Of a DNA stretch of 64,000 bases, positions 52,684 to 64,000 are shown piece after piece. The translations under genes and the position numbers were made by a program. Origin of the DNA: Octopus vulgaris (lineage: Eukaryota); assembly GCA_951406725.2 (NCBI GenBank), contig OX597834.1, forward strand, positions 25,854,001 to 25,918,000, in the 5' to 3' direction. The notes below the pieces were generated by a model. It had not been told where the DNA came from. It worked only from the letters and a program-made list of their open reading frames with translations, and made no database searches. Position 1 is the stretch's first letter. Each line of letters opens with the position of its first letter.

Positions 52684-54746
52684 ATTTGAAACAAAGGTGG
52701 TGTATTTCAATAGAAATATGGCAGCAAAAGAGTTGAATTATATTTTTAAAAATCTGCTATGCACTGAGACACCCCTTGTAGTACACCAATGCATTGGGGT
52801 ACATCTTTTGAGAACTAGTAAAAAACAGATAGAGTAGCAAAGAAAATATTTATGGTCTAGGGTCTGTGACAAAGGCCAACATTAACTGCCGAGCATCAAA
52901 GACATCTTGTGGCTGATATAACTGGAACCTGCTGGCAGAGCTAGAAATTAATAGGGAATAAAAGACAACATGTGTTGAAGTTGTTGACTCCTTATATTCA
53001 CAGGAATAAATATGGTTTAAAGTGTTTAGGAAAGGAACAGGGGATGCAAGAAAAGCCATACATGAATGTATCTAGCATTTTACAATGTAGAAATCTGGAA
53101 ACAGGATATCAAGAAGATATCCTGTTTCCAGTTACACACTGGGGTCAACTTAATCCATTTGTCTGTCCTTGTTTGTCCTATCTGTGTTTAGCCCCTTGTG
53201 GGTAGTAAAGAAATAGGTAATGACTCAGAGGTTGATGTTGCCTTCGGAGTCCTTTCAGTTTTGCCATAAAATAAACTGGGAGTAAGAACTGATGCCTAGA
53301 TTGAAACAACTCACAGATACAGATACAGACGCCCCCCTCTCCCCGCCATCAGTAAGGCTCATCTTAATCAATCCCAAATGATATCTTAATTTTGTTTTCT
53401 TCTATCTGGGTACACATCTGGATGCACAATTACGTACACACACACACACGCATGCACACACACACATATAGGTGTTGCGCAGTGTGTGTGTGTGTTTTTC
53501 TGTGTACTACTATTTTATTTTATTTTGTTATTATTATTATTTCCATACGTTCTGTAGTTTTTATTTCCACAATTCATTTCCTATTTCTTTCACAGGCAGC
53601 GGTGTTTTCTTTCTTTAGATTTTCAACCACCATAATTGGTCATGAACAAGCTTTTAGTACAGTAGTTGGCTGGTACTAGTGTGGGTGTCTTGAGGAATTA
53701 AGAAAGAGTGGGTTGGGCTGTCACTGTTGGCGGTGGTGGTGGTGATGGTGATGATCTCAGCTGAAAGAAAATTTGGCTCATTTGCAAAAGCAAAGCACAG
53801 ATGTGTGTCTAGCAGCTTTTGCTCAATTATTTCAAACTAGCAACAAATTATCATTGATGTTACCTGTCTTACAACACACTTGTTGGGTAGAATAATAATA
53901 ATAATACTACCACTACTACTAGTAACAATAATAAATAGTAATAATAATGTGTAGATGGTGTAATCTTGCTTGTCTATATTTATCATCTTATCTCATGACT
54001 GTGCCAGTTTATTCAACAATTCTCTACTCAAAGAGTATTGAAAGGTATTTTAATTTTGGAAAAAGCAAAATAGGTTTTTAAAAACCAAAATAAACCAGAA
54101 AATTGTTAGAAAGAAAATAATAGAATTACAAAAAAAAAATCCAAAAAACACCTAGCAAAGATACTACAATCAAGAAAATAATCCTGAAATACCTAGAATA
54201 TAAGTGTTTATATATCTATACTCTTTTACTTGTTTCAGTCATTTGACTGCGGCCATGCTGGAGCACCACCTTTAATCGAGCAACTCGACCCCGGGACTTA
54301 TTCTTTTGTAAGCCCAGTACTTATTCTATCGGTCTCTTTTGCCGAACTGCTAAGTAACGGGGACATAAACACACCAGCATAAACACACAAGGAAGTGCAT
54401 TGTGACCAGTGGTGTATAACATCCGGTAGTCTGGTTGATACAGTGATATCATCATCATCATTTAATATCTGTTTTCAATGCTGGCATGAGTTGGGTGGTT
54501 TGACCAGAGCTTGCAAGCTGGAGAGCTGTACAGTATTCCAGTCTGACTTGGCATGGTTTCTATGGCTGGATGCCCTTCCTAATGCCAACCACTCTACAGA
54601 GCATACTGTGTCCCTTATACATGTCACTAGCGCAGGTGCCTTTCACGTGTCACTGGCTTCAGGCCATGACCACGATTTTACTTCACTAAGTTTGATGTGT
54701 GTGTTTGTATGTATTATATTTGTATGTATTATATATATATATATAT

Positions 54747-54956
54747 ATATTGTTTAATAAACACAGTATATATTTTTGTGAGCTGCTAATAGTTTCCTGC
54801 AATAAAAATGACTCAGACATCATTTTATAATACATCTGGTACCTGAGGATTGTGTGAACGCACCAGATGTGTCATAAAATGATGTCTAGGTTGTTTTCAG
54901 TGCATGAAACTGTTAGCAGCTCATAAAAATATATAACTGTGTTTATTAAACAATAT
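54747..54956. repeat. ~94-bp imperfect inverted repeat with a 21-nt spacer
   Basis: 54747-54840 is the reverse complement of 54862-54956, with ~11 substitutions and a 1-nt indel. Confidence 0.95.
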
Positions 54957-55007
54957 TTATCTCTCACCAGATGGCGTACTTTTTTTGTTGATGTTACCTT
55001 CATGGAA

Positions 55008-55338
55008 GGCGCATGGCTCAGTGGTTAGAGCGTCGAGCTTACAATCGTGAGGTTGTGAGCTCGAATCCCGGACCGGGCTACGTGTTGTGTTCTTGAGCAA
55101 AGCACTTTATTTCACGTTGCTCCAGTTCACTCAGCTGTAGAAATGAGTTGCTACGTCACTGGTACCAAGCTGTATCGACCTTTGTGTTTCCCTTGGATAA
55201 CACTGGTGGCGTGGAGAGGGGAGGCTTGTATGCATGGGCGACTGCTGGTCTTCCATAAACAACCTTGCCCGGACTTGTGTCTAGGAGGGTAACTTTCTAG
55301 GTGCAATCCCATGGTCATTCATGACCGAAGGGGGTCTT
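55008..55338 (+). mobile_element. tRNA-derived SINE family E
   Basis: Head GGCGCATGGCTCAGTGGTTAGAGC...CTCGAATCCC; CORE/V-like TTGAGCAAAGCACTT; 14-bp TSD TTACCTTCATGGAA (54994-55007 / 55339-55352). Older relatives at ~30263-30570, ~40890-41010 and ~60975-61090. Confidence 0.85.
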
Positions 55339-56429
55339 TTACCTTCATGGAAACAGTATACTATATATATATATATTTATATATCTTTAAAAATTATAGT
55401 TTTAAAAAGTAGCAATTGACTAAAATATTAGAAAAAAAGAAATAGAATTATGTGGTTCTTGACATTCATGTGATTCACTACTTTTAACCCAATCTGCTGA
55501 GCCTGGATTTCTACTTTCAGCAACATTTGAACTTAGAAATTCTATTCTTTTAAAACTAATCAAATCATAAATTCTTAAATAACAGGAATTGGTTCAAGTC
55601 TGAATAGTTATTTATGCTTTTCCCCTCCAACACATGACCACCACCAGGGACAAAACATTACTAACAGTCATTTACTCTCCAATAGTTTTCATTCCCCTCA
55701 GCAGTCATTCACCCACATTTTCATTCACTCTCACCAATCATTACTCATTTCCAGCAATCATCATTCACTCTAGCTATCGTTCACTCTCAAGCAGCCATCA
55801 CTCATTTCAACAGTCATCACTCAACTCCCACCAACCTACCAGTTTTCGTTCACCCCCTCCCTTCAGCTTCATTCACCCCTTGTCTTCATTTACCTTCAGT
55901 TTCCAAACCACTTTTCTTCTTTAACCTTCTTACACACCCTCCACCCTTCCAGTACCACCACCCTATTCTAACATTTCACACAAATTATTAACTGTCATCT
56001 GTTCATAAAACAATCTTGTTAACCTCACATAAACAGAACAGGTTCCCTTGAAAGCTAAATAAAACAGCTCTTAATATCATGTTTAATATCAGTGTAAACT
56101 ATAAAGCTAAACTACAAACTTGTCTCACCAATAATAATAATAATAAGAGGTCAACATTATTAATCTGACAAAATGTCATGTTAGAATGCTTAAAATATAA
56201 TAACATAATAACAACAATATGGCCAGAAGCTATGTAGAACTTTTTGAAGTTTGTTGATTCTAGGCAGGGAATTGGTGGAATAGAACAGAACCATTAGAAC
56301 AGATTGCTGGTGCAAAATACCGCTTTATTTCTTGAGTTCAAACTTTTTGCCTCTCATTTTCCATGGTTGATAAGATCAAATCATAAAGATACAAGTTAAA
56401 TACTAGGGCTGATTTAATATTTCTATGTA

Positions 56430-56768
56430 TTTACTCTTTTACTTGTTTCAGTCATTTGACTGCAGCCGTGCTGGAGCACCGCCTTTAGTCGAACAAATCG
56501 ACCCCGGGACTTATTCTTTGTAAGCCCAGTACTTATTCTATCGGTCTCTTTTGCCGAACCGCTAAGTGACAGGGACGTAAACACGCCAGCATCGGTTGTC
56601 AAGCAATGCTAGGGGGACAAACATAGACACACAAACACATACACACTTATATATATTTACATATATACAACAGGCTTCTTTCAGTTTCCGTCTACCAAAT
56701 CCACCCACAAGGCATTGGTCGGCCCGGGGCTATAGCAGAAGACACTTGCCCAAGGTGCCACGCAGTGG
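56430..56768 (-). mobile_element. SINE family B
   Basis: Reverse-complement match. Partial copies also at ~66-240, ~54218-54380, ~60090-60445 and ~63330-63800. Confidence 0.8.
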
Positions 56769-57019
56769 ATTTAATGTAAAAAAATTGTTTTTTACAGTAA
56801 TAATAATGTAAAAAAAATAAAGCTTTATTACTTTGTAATTTTCTGCCTTAATAAAATGGGTTTGGAAAAATTGTTTATTTATATCCCTTATTTTATCTTG
56901 ATTTTGATGAGTCCCCAAAAACCCTTCATATTATGCATGTAGTTTAACATTACACATTTTAATTTTGATTCTATTTTTACTTTTGTCTTTATACGTTATT
57001 TCCTTTTCTTTCTTTGTAG

Positions 57020-57194
57020 GATTTATCATACAAAGATAAGCATTGGCATGAATTCTGCTTCAAATGCGGTGAATGTCAAAAGAGCCTTGTCAACCAGCCT
57101 TTTGCTTACAAGGATGATGCAATTTTCTGTTCAGATTGCCATGATGAACTGTTTGCAGCTAGATGTGATGGATGTAAAAAACCTTTTAAAGGAG
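57020..57194 (+). CDS. FHL2: Limpet/FHL2-like gene, coding exon B (175 nt, phase 0-1): DLSYKDKHWHEFCFKCGECQKSLVNQPFAYKDDAIFCSDCHDELFAARCDGCKKPFKG(G)
   Basis: Not in the ORF track; translated by hand. Acceptor ttctttctttgtAG ends at 57019; donor GTAGGG at 57195. DLSYKD.HWH is the FHL/Limpet signature and is in frame with exon A. Confidence 0.95.
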
Positions 57195-57743
57195 GTAGGG
57201 CAGTGAAGTTTTATCTTTTTTTGTCTTTTTTTTTTATGCATATTTTGTTTTGATTGCTTTTATACTAGGTCCAGTTACTGAACTGTGGCCATGCTGGAAC
57301 ATTGCCTTTGTTGGATTAGGCAAATAAATCGACCCCAGTACTTATCTTAAATTTAGTGTTTAGGAAGGGCATCCAGCTGTAGAAACACTGCCAGATCAGA
57401 CTGGAGCCTGATGCAGAAACACTGCCAGATCAGACTGGAGCCTGGTGCAGCCTTCTGGCTTCCCAGATCCCCGGTCGAACCATCCAACCCATGCTAGCAT
57501 GGAGAACGGACGTTAAACGATGATGATGATGATTCCATTAGTCACTTTGGCCAAATATATGTGTGTGTGTGTGTGTGTTCGTCCCCCACTACTGCTTGAG
57601 AACTGGTTTTGGTGTGTTTACATCCCCATAACTTAGCAGGGTCAATAGAACAAGTATTAGGTTTAAGAAAAAAATCAGTACTGAGGTCAATTCATTTGAC
57701 TAAAAATTCTTCAAGGTGGTGCTGCATCCTGGCCACAGTTTAA

Positions 57744-57911
57744 CCCTTTTGTTACCAACCCGGCTGAAACCGCCTCTGGCTCTATAGTACAAATGTCTTG
57801 TTTTCATAAGTTTTGAATTAAAATCTTCCACCAAACCTTAGTCACAATTTATGTTCCTAATTTAATGATAACTAATTTATTTTACTAAAAATAAATACAG
57901 TAACGAAAGGG
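57744..57911. mobile_element. piggyBac-type MITE, family 1 (opposite orientation), nested in a family B SINE tail
   Basis: TTAA|CCCTTTTGTTAC ... GTAACGAAAGGG|TTAA. A partial copy lies at ~25380-25520. Confidence 0.85.
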
Positions 57912-58521
57912 TTAATGACTGAAGCAAGTAAAAGATAAAAGATACATACAAACAGAAATAGTAAAACTAATATTATTATTCACAACCATGAATGACTTAG
58001 TAGCACTTACCATGGTTTCTATTATCAAAGATACCAAGATAAATCCTTTGTCTCAACCATTTGTTTTTTTACCTATGGATCTCTTTCATTACTATTCTAT
58101 TCTAGTGGACCACCATAGCCATCCAGTGTCTAAAAACTAGCTTTATAGATGCTTCTTTCAAATTCCAATTTTGTTCTTCATCCATTAACATAGAGAAAGA
58201 AACCTGTTTCTGGCAATAAATACAGCAAAATCAAAATTTTTCATGGACCCTTAAAATATTATTGTGGATTCCTAATTTACTATTTTGCTAGCGTGGACAC
58301 CCAAAATCTTAAATGGACCCTAGTCTAGAAGTAGAAAAAATGTCACTCTGAAAATGGCACCCTTAATTCTTAGCCAACAACTAAAATTAAAATAATGGTG
58401 AAATGGAATTTGTTTTTAAGGTTGTAAAGGAGTTTTGATTTCTTTTCTAGAAGCTCCTGTTTTTTTTTTTTCTCTATTTTCTTTCTGTTAATTGATATAT
58501 TTATTCATTTAAATTTTGTAG

Positions 58522-58691
58522 GAATGAAGAAATTTGAATACAAAAATACTCAATGGCATGAAGAATGTTTCTTGTGCAATGTCTGCAAAGAGGCCATTAA
58601 AAACAAGAGCTTCATTCCTCGTGGTGATGAAGTTGTCTGTATCCCCTGTTTCGAAAATAAGTATGCTCAGAAATGTGCTAAATGCAATGGT
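58522..58691 (+). CDS. FHL2: Limpet/FHL2-like gene, coding exon C (170 nt, phase 1-0): (G)MKKFEYKNTQWHEECFLCNVCKEAIKNKSFIPRGDEVVCIPCFENKYAQKCAKCNG
   Basis: Acceptor tttgtAG ends at 58521; G|GA completes a Gly across the junction; donor GTAAGT at 58692. LIM ligands and the KSFIP motif are present. Confidence 0.95.
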
Positions 58692-60447
58692 GTAAGTATT
58701 GATCTAACACTTCCATTATTGGTCACACAGTTCTGTCATTGGTCCAAGAGTTCTGCTATTGATTCAACAGATTCATTATTGATCCAACAATGACAGGCTA
58801 AAAATATTTGGGTTTTTTTTTGTTTTTTTAAAAAAAAATATATAAGTTATTTTAGAGTTTCTTCAGACCTATCTTAGATACGATAAAAATTTATATATAT
58901 ATGTATACTTAACATATACACACATATATATGCACATATGTACACACAAATATGCATATTTATATATACAGGCATATATATATATATATCAACATTTAAC
59001 GTCCGTTTTCCATGCTAGCATGGGTTGGATGGTTCGACCTGGGTCTGGTAAGCCATAGAGGCTGCACCAGGCTCTAGTCTGATTTGGCAGTGTTTCTACA
59101 GCTGGATGCCCTTCCTAACGCCAACCACTCTGTGAGTGTAGTGGGTGTTTTTTACATGCCACCGGCACAGGAGCCAGAGCAGGCTGGCAAACGGTTGGTG
59201 CTTTTACATGTCACCGACACGGACACCAATCAGGCGACACTAGTATCTGCTATATATATATATATACATACATACATACATACATGTATATATGAATATA
59301 CACATAATATATACACCATTGGTTACAATGAGAAGGGTTCCAGCAATGTGAAATGAAGTGTTTTGCTCAAGAACACAATTGAAACCACAATCTTACAATT
59401 GTGAATGCAACACACACACACACACACATTTATACATATATGCCTGTATGTATGTATAATTCTGTACATTTGTTATACAGAGGACAGTTATTCTTTCAAG
59501 ATACATGTAATCTGGTTTTATCTTTTTAAACAAGGTTTTTTAATTATTTTTCACATTTTCACTCAAGTTCCATTGCAATTTTTTAAAACTGAAACTTCTT
59601 ATGCCATGATCAGGATTTTTTTTACATATGTCCACACATACACACGTCTGCAAATATATACATGCAAACACGCAAACATACATATGCAGGAATATAATAT
59701 TTTTTAAGATGTCTGAGAGGGAACCAATTTATTTGAAGATTTAGTTTTAACAAGTAAAAAGAAAAAAAAACATGAAAAAGAACGAAAAGTTGAGAATTAA
59801 TTAAGCTATTAGTTCCATTGAGTAATCAGCCTAGTTTTTTTTATTAATACAAGAGGTGGTTCAAAGACATGTAAGACTAACTCCTCAACAGCTAAACAGC
59901 GTCATTAGGGTAGTGCTTTAGTTTTAGTTCTGTATATAGGGTCAGAACTAAGTCAATAGTGGTGGTGGTGTTGGTGGTCTCAAGTAGAAACAGCAGTGAG
60001 TAAGACTTCAAGTAGATTGACAGGGAAATAAACACTTTAAATGTATGAGACGAGGTGAACTTGTGTAGTCGGACAGACAAGCATGAGTAACCAGGCAGTA
60101 TGGCTTTGTGTTTAAGAAGCTTGCTTTGGAACAATGTGGTTTCAGGTTCAGTCCCACTGCACAGCACATTGGGCAAGTGCCTTCTTTTATAGCCCCAGGT
60201 CAACCTATTCCTTGTATGTGTGTATAACATATATATCCCTCTCTCTCTTTCGGAGAGGCACTGAGCAGCTATACGCACACATACACACACGGCAGTAACT
60301 TCCACCTACCGAATTCAATCACAAAGCTCCAGTCGGCTCGGGGCTATAGCGGAAGACACCTACCCAAAGTGCCACGCAGTGGGACTGAACCCGAAACCAT
60401 GTAGCTAGGAAGCAAGCTCCCTAACCACACAGCCATGCCCGCGCCTA

Positions 60448-60478
<31 letters not shown>

Positions 60479-61594
60479 ATGAAGGTCATCTAGCCATAAA
60501 AACCATGCTAAAACAAACCTTACCAGTGCTGGTGTCATGTAAAGAGCACTCAGTCCACTCTGTGGGGTGGTTGGTGTTAGGAAGGGTATCCAGCTGTAAA
60601 AACCCAGCCAGAAGTGACAGTGAAACTTGGTGTAGTCTTCTGCCTAGCCAGGTCCTGTCAAACCGTCCAACCCATGCCAGCATGAAAAACTATACTGCTA
60701 AGCATTTCGTTTCTGCCAGCTTGCCGCCTTTGTCAGTAATATTCTGACCAGTTATATGTCATAACCAGGGATATGCTGGTCAACAATATATATGATGAAC
60801 TCTCCTGTCAAAGACGATGTATGAGTGTTCAACCCTTGCCAAACGACTTGCACAAATGATTTGTTTGTGGTGATCAAATCTATGTGCTGTACATTAGCTC
60901 ATTCCCTGCATCAAATCGACATTGCCTGAACAAATGCATGGTGTACTACATGTCAGGTGTCGAAATGATCACAAAGCAATGTGAGATTAAGTATTTTGCT
61001 CAAGAACTCAACACACCACCCAGTCTAGGAATTGAAGCCACGATCTTGTGACTGTGAGTGCAACACCCTAACCACTAAACCATGCACCCTCACACACACA
61101 CACACACATACATACATACACACATATATACTTGGTACAGCCCTCCAGCTTACCAGTTCCAGTCAAACTGTCCAACCCATGCCAGCATAGAAAACGGATG
61201 CTAAATGACGATGATGATACACACACACACACACCCCTCTATTTCTGTTTTAGAGTGTGCTTTTTTTCTGACTTATGGACTACTAACTGAATATATGTGT
61301 GTATCACTATATCACGCAGACTATCAGATATAGCTATACACCACTGGTCACAATGCACTTTCCCGCATTGTTGTAGCTTTCAAATGACGCCACCCCACTG
61401 GCTAGGTGAGCAGGCCAACATTCCCCTTGAGTGGAATGTCACTTAGTCACAGGATCACCTATCTACAACTGAATGAACTGGAGCAATGTGAAACAATGTT
61501 TTGCCCAAGAACACAATGCTCCACCAGTCTGAGAATCAAAACCACAATCTTGCAATCAAGAGTGCCACATCCTAATCTCTGGACCATGTCCCTT

Positions 61595-62110
61595 CATCAT
61601 CGTTTAACGTCCACTTTCCATGCTAGCATGAGTTGAACGATTTTGACTGAGGGCTGGTGAACCAGGCTCCAATCTTGATCTGGCAGAGTTTCTACAGCTG
61701 GATGCCCTTCCTAACGCCAACCACTCCAAGAGTGTAGTGGGTGCTTTTTACGAGCCACCAGCACGGGGGCCAGTCAGGCGGTACTGGCAACAACCTCGCT
61801 AGAATCTTTTTACACATGCCACCGGCACAGGTTCCAGTAAGGTGACACTGGTAATGATCACGCTCGAATGGTGCCTTTTACGTGCCACTGGCACAGAAGC
61901 CACTTAGCCGCTCTGGCAACAATCATGCTTGGATGGTGCTCTTGGCACCCTACTAGCACAAGCACAAGTGCCAGTAAGGCGACGCTGGTAACAATCACAC
62001 TCGAATAGTGCCTTTTATATGCCACTGGTATGAAAGCAGGTTAGTCGCTCTGTCAATGATCACACTCATATGGTGCACTTTGCACCCTGCTAACACAGAT
62101 GCCAGTCATC
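61595..62110 (-). mobile_element. Retroposon family D with an expanded internal minisatellite
   Basis: (CAT)n tail, then about six diverged ~60-70-bp units beginning GTGC(T/C)TTTTACGTGCCAC. It ends ~100 nt before exon D. Confidence 0.8.
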
Positions 62111-62209
62111 AAATGTGATTTTGATCTATATAAAAAATGAATTAACGCATAAAGGAAATGTATTTAAGATAAATATCTGCTGTTCTTTTTATTTTCCCCA
62201 TCCATGCAG

Positions 62210-62396
62210 GTGCTAACCAAAGGTGGTGTTGCATACAAGGACATCCCATGGCATCGCGAATGCTTCACTTGCTCGAAATGCAACAAAAATCTAGCCGGAG
62301 AGAAATTCACATCACGTGAGGAAAAGCCGTATTGTGCTGATTGCTATGGTGACTTGTTTGCTAAGAAGTGCTGCATTTGCTCAAAGGCTATTATGG
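62210..62396 (+). CDS. FHL2: Limpet/FHL2-like gene, coding exon D (187 nt, phase 0-1): VLTKGGVAYKDIPWHRECFTCSKCNKNLAGEKFTSREEKPYCADCYGDLFAKKCCICSKAIM(G); the final exon presumably lies beyond the window
   Basis: Acceptor CAG at 62207-62209; donor GTGAGT at 62397. GGV.Y...PWH.ECF.C and FTSR...PYC..C.G.LFAK match FHL2/Limpet. Confidence 0.95.
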
Positions 62397-62562
62397 GTGA
62401 GTTTCCAAAATATTTCCTTATAATTTATATTTTTTTAGAATTTATAAAGCTGTATTGCTTGGTCTATGTCTCAGTTAATTATGAGGGCAGAAATTAATAG
62501 AGTTGCACTTAATACTTGGGAGGAACAACCAAGGAAGATTAAATGTTACATTTATGTATTTG

Positions 62563-62758
62563 AAAGGCGGCGAGCTGGCAGAAACGTTAGCCGGCCGGGC
62601 GAAATGCTTAGCGGTATTTCGTCTGTCGTACGTTCTGAGTTCAAATTCCGTCAAGGTCGATAAATAAAGTACCAGTTTCGCACTGGGGACGATATAATCG
62701 ACTCAATCCCTTCGTCTGTCCCCTCTATGTTTAGCCCCTTCTGGGCAGTAAAGAAATA
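62563..62758 (+). mobile_element. SINE family A (internally deleted)
   Basis: 16-bp TSD TACATTTATGTATTTG (62547-62562 / 62759-62774). Confidence 0.85.
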
Positions 62759-63799
62759 TACATTTATGTATTTGTTTTGTAAGATTCTTGATGTGAAATC
62801 ATGAGTTGAAACAGATATTGTTATATTTCAAGATTGTCATTTTTTTTTTTTTTCTTTTTTGCCAAATAAACACATGCATTACATACCCATTCTTCACTGC
62901 AGAATTATTATTGTTCTTATTTTACTGTCCTTTGTCTTAAATCTTTTGTTGTACACCCCTGTGACCTCTTCAGTGGCTCTCCATTCCATGTAGCTCCCCC
63001 TGTTCAGTCTTATTACACAGGCAAATAGAAAATAAAAAAAACAGAAAAATCACAGAAGTCAAAAGGACATACACAGTAAATGTATTAGACTGACACTCAG
63101 AAAAAGTTTAAGATAGTAAAAAGAGGGCATGTGATATTTCAAGCATGGCTCTTTGTCAGAAAGAAGAAAATGTCCAGAGAGAAGGAAAATAACTGCCCAA
63201 AAAAAGCACATGGCTGAAAAATAACCGACTGGAAGTGGAAAGAGATAGAGAAAGTAGTTTTTGAAAGTAGGAGAATGCAAAAACAGCCAGTATATTGTGT
63301 TTATGTGGTTGATACAAATACATATATATAGGTAAGAAGCTTGCTTCCCAACCGTGTGGCTTTGGGTTCAGTCCCACTGCACTGTACCTTGAGTAAGTGT
63401 CTCCTACTATAACCCTGGGCTGACCAAAGCCTTGTGGGTAGATTTGGTAGACAGAAACTTAAAGAACGTTGGCATGTATGTTCCATGTTAAAAGCACCCA
63501 GTAGACTCTATGGAATGGTTGGCATTAGGAAGGACATCCAGCCATAGAAACCATGCCAGAACAGACAATGGAGCTTGGTGTGGCCCATGACCTTACTGGC
63601 TTTGGTCAAACCATCCAACCCATGCCATCAGGGTAAATGGACATTAAATGATGATATATAAATGTATATAATATATAAATGTATATAATGTGTGTGTGTG
63701 TGTCATTGTGTTTGTCCTCTATGACCACTTGACAATAGGTGTTTGTTTGTTTACATCCCTGTAACTTAGCAGTTTGGCAAAAGAGACCAATAGAATAAG

Positions 63800-64000
63800 T
63801 ACTTACTTACTTGTACTTGTGGCGACGTTCACCCTGGGTGGGTTGAGTCGGCTTCTTCTACCACCCTCGAGGCATCTCGAACTATGGAAGACCACGCACA
63901 GCAGTCCTGCGCCAGTTCACTGGAGATAGCGAACCAGTCGTGGTTCCATCGGCGCCGGCCGACCACCTGCGGACCCGTGAGCACGGAGAGGTCCTCCTTC
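63800..64000 (-). mobile_element. GC-rich RTE LINE 3' end (continues beyond the window), inserted in a family B SINE
   Basis: Minus strand reads KEDLSVLTGPQVVGRRRWNHDWFAISSELAQDCCAWSSIVRDASRVVEEADSTHPG* (stop at 63829-63831), then a CAAGTA/TAAG repeat tail. LAQD...W is the RTE C-terminal motif. Confidence 0.8.

Noticed and set aside
53580-53680. Strong acceptor-like sites (ttctttcacAG, ttctttctttAG) as an alternative exon
   Set aside because: The in-phase frame stops after ~27 codons with no LIM similarity, and no donor was identified; it cannot be supported without RNA data.

Overview
AT-rich, repeat-dense eukaryotic DNA. The SINE families and very long (TA)n/(CA)n tracts look like a coleoid cephalopod, probably Octopus (inference from pattern recognition). 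The only host gene I can support is a + strand Limpet/FHL2-type multi-LIM gene. Four GT-AG coding exons (33344-33544, 57020-57194, 58522-58691, 62210-62396) splice in frame; I found neither the upstream PET/LIM exons nor the last exon in their native positions in this window. The rest is intron or upstream sequence filled with about five SINE-like families, TTAA piggyBac-type MITEs, a hAT-type MITE, non-autonomous Helitrons, mariner remnants and CR1/RTE LINE 3' ends. Almost all ORF-track entries are microsatellite or SINE artefacts. Four things stand out. (1) An inverted ~100-nt copy of what looks like the gene's own final intron/exon boundary (GFGGTKFIS-EDRH) sits inside a CR1 element upstream of the first exon, one of several local templated insertions. 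(2) A near-canonical minimal type I hammerhead ribozyme at ~18.95-19.04 kb has degenerate relatives next to (TA)n tracts. (3) Many long hairpins and inverted repeat pairs could form dsRNA in the pre-mRNA. (4) A GC-rich RTE 3' end resembles flatworm RTEs.
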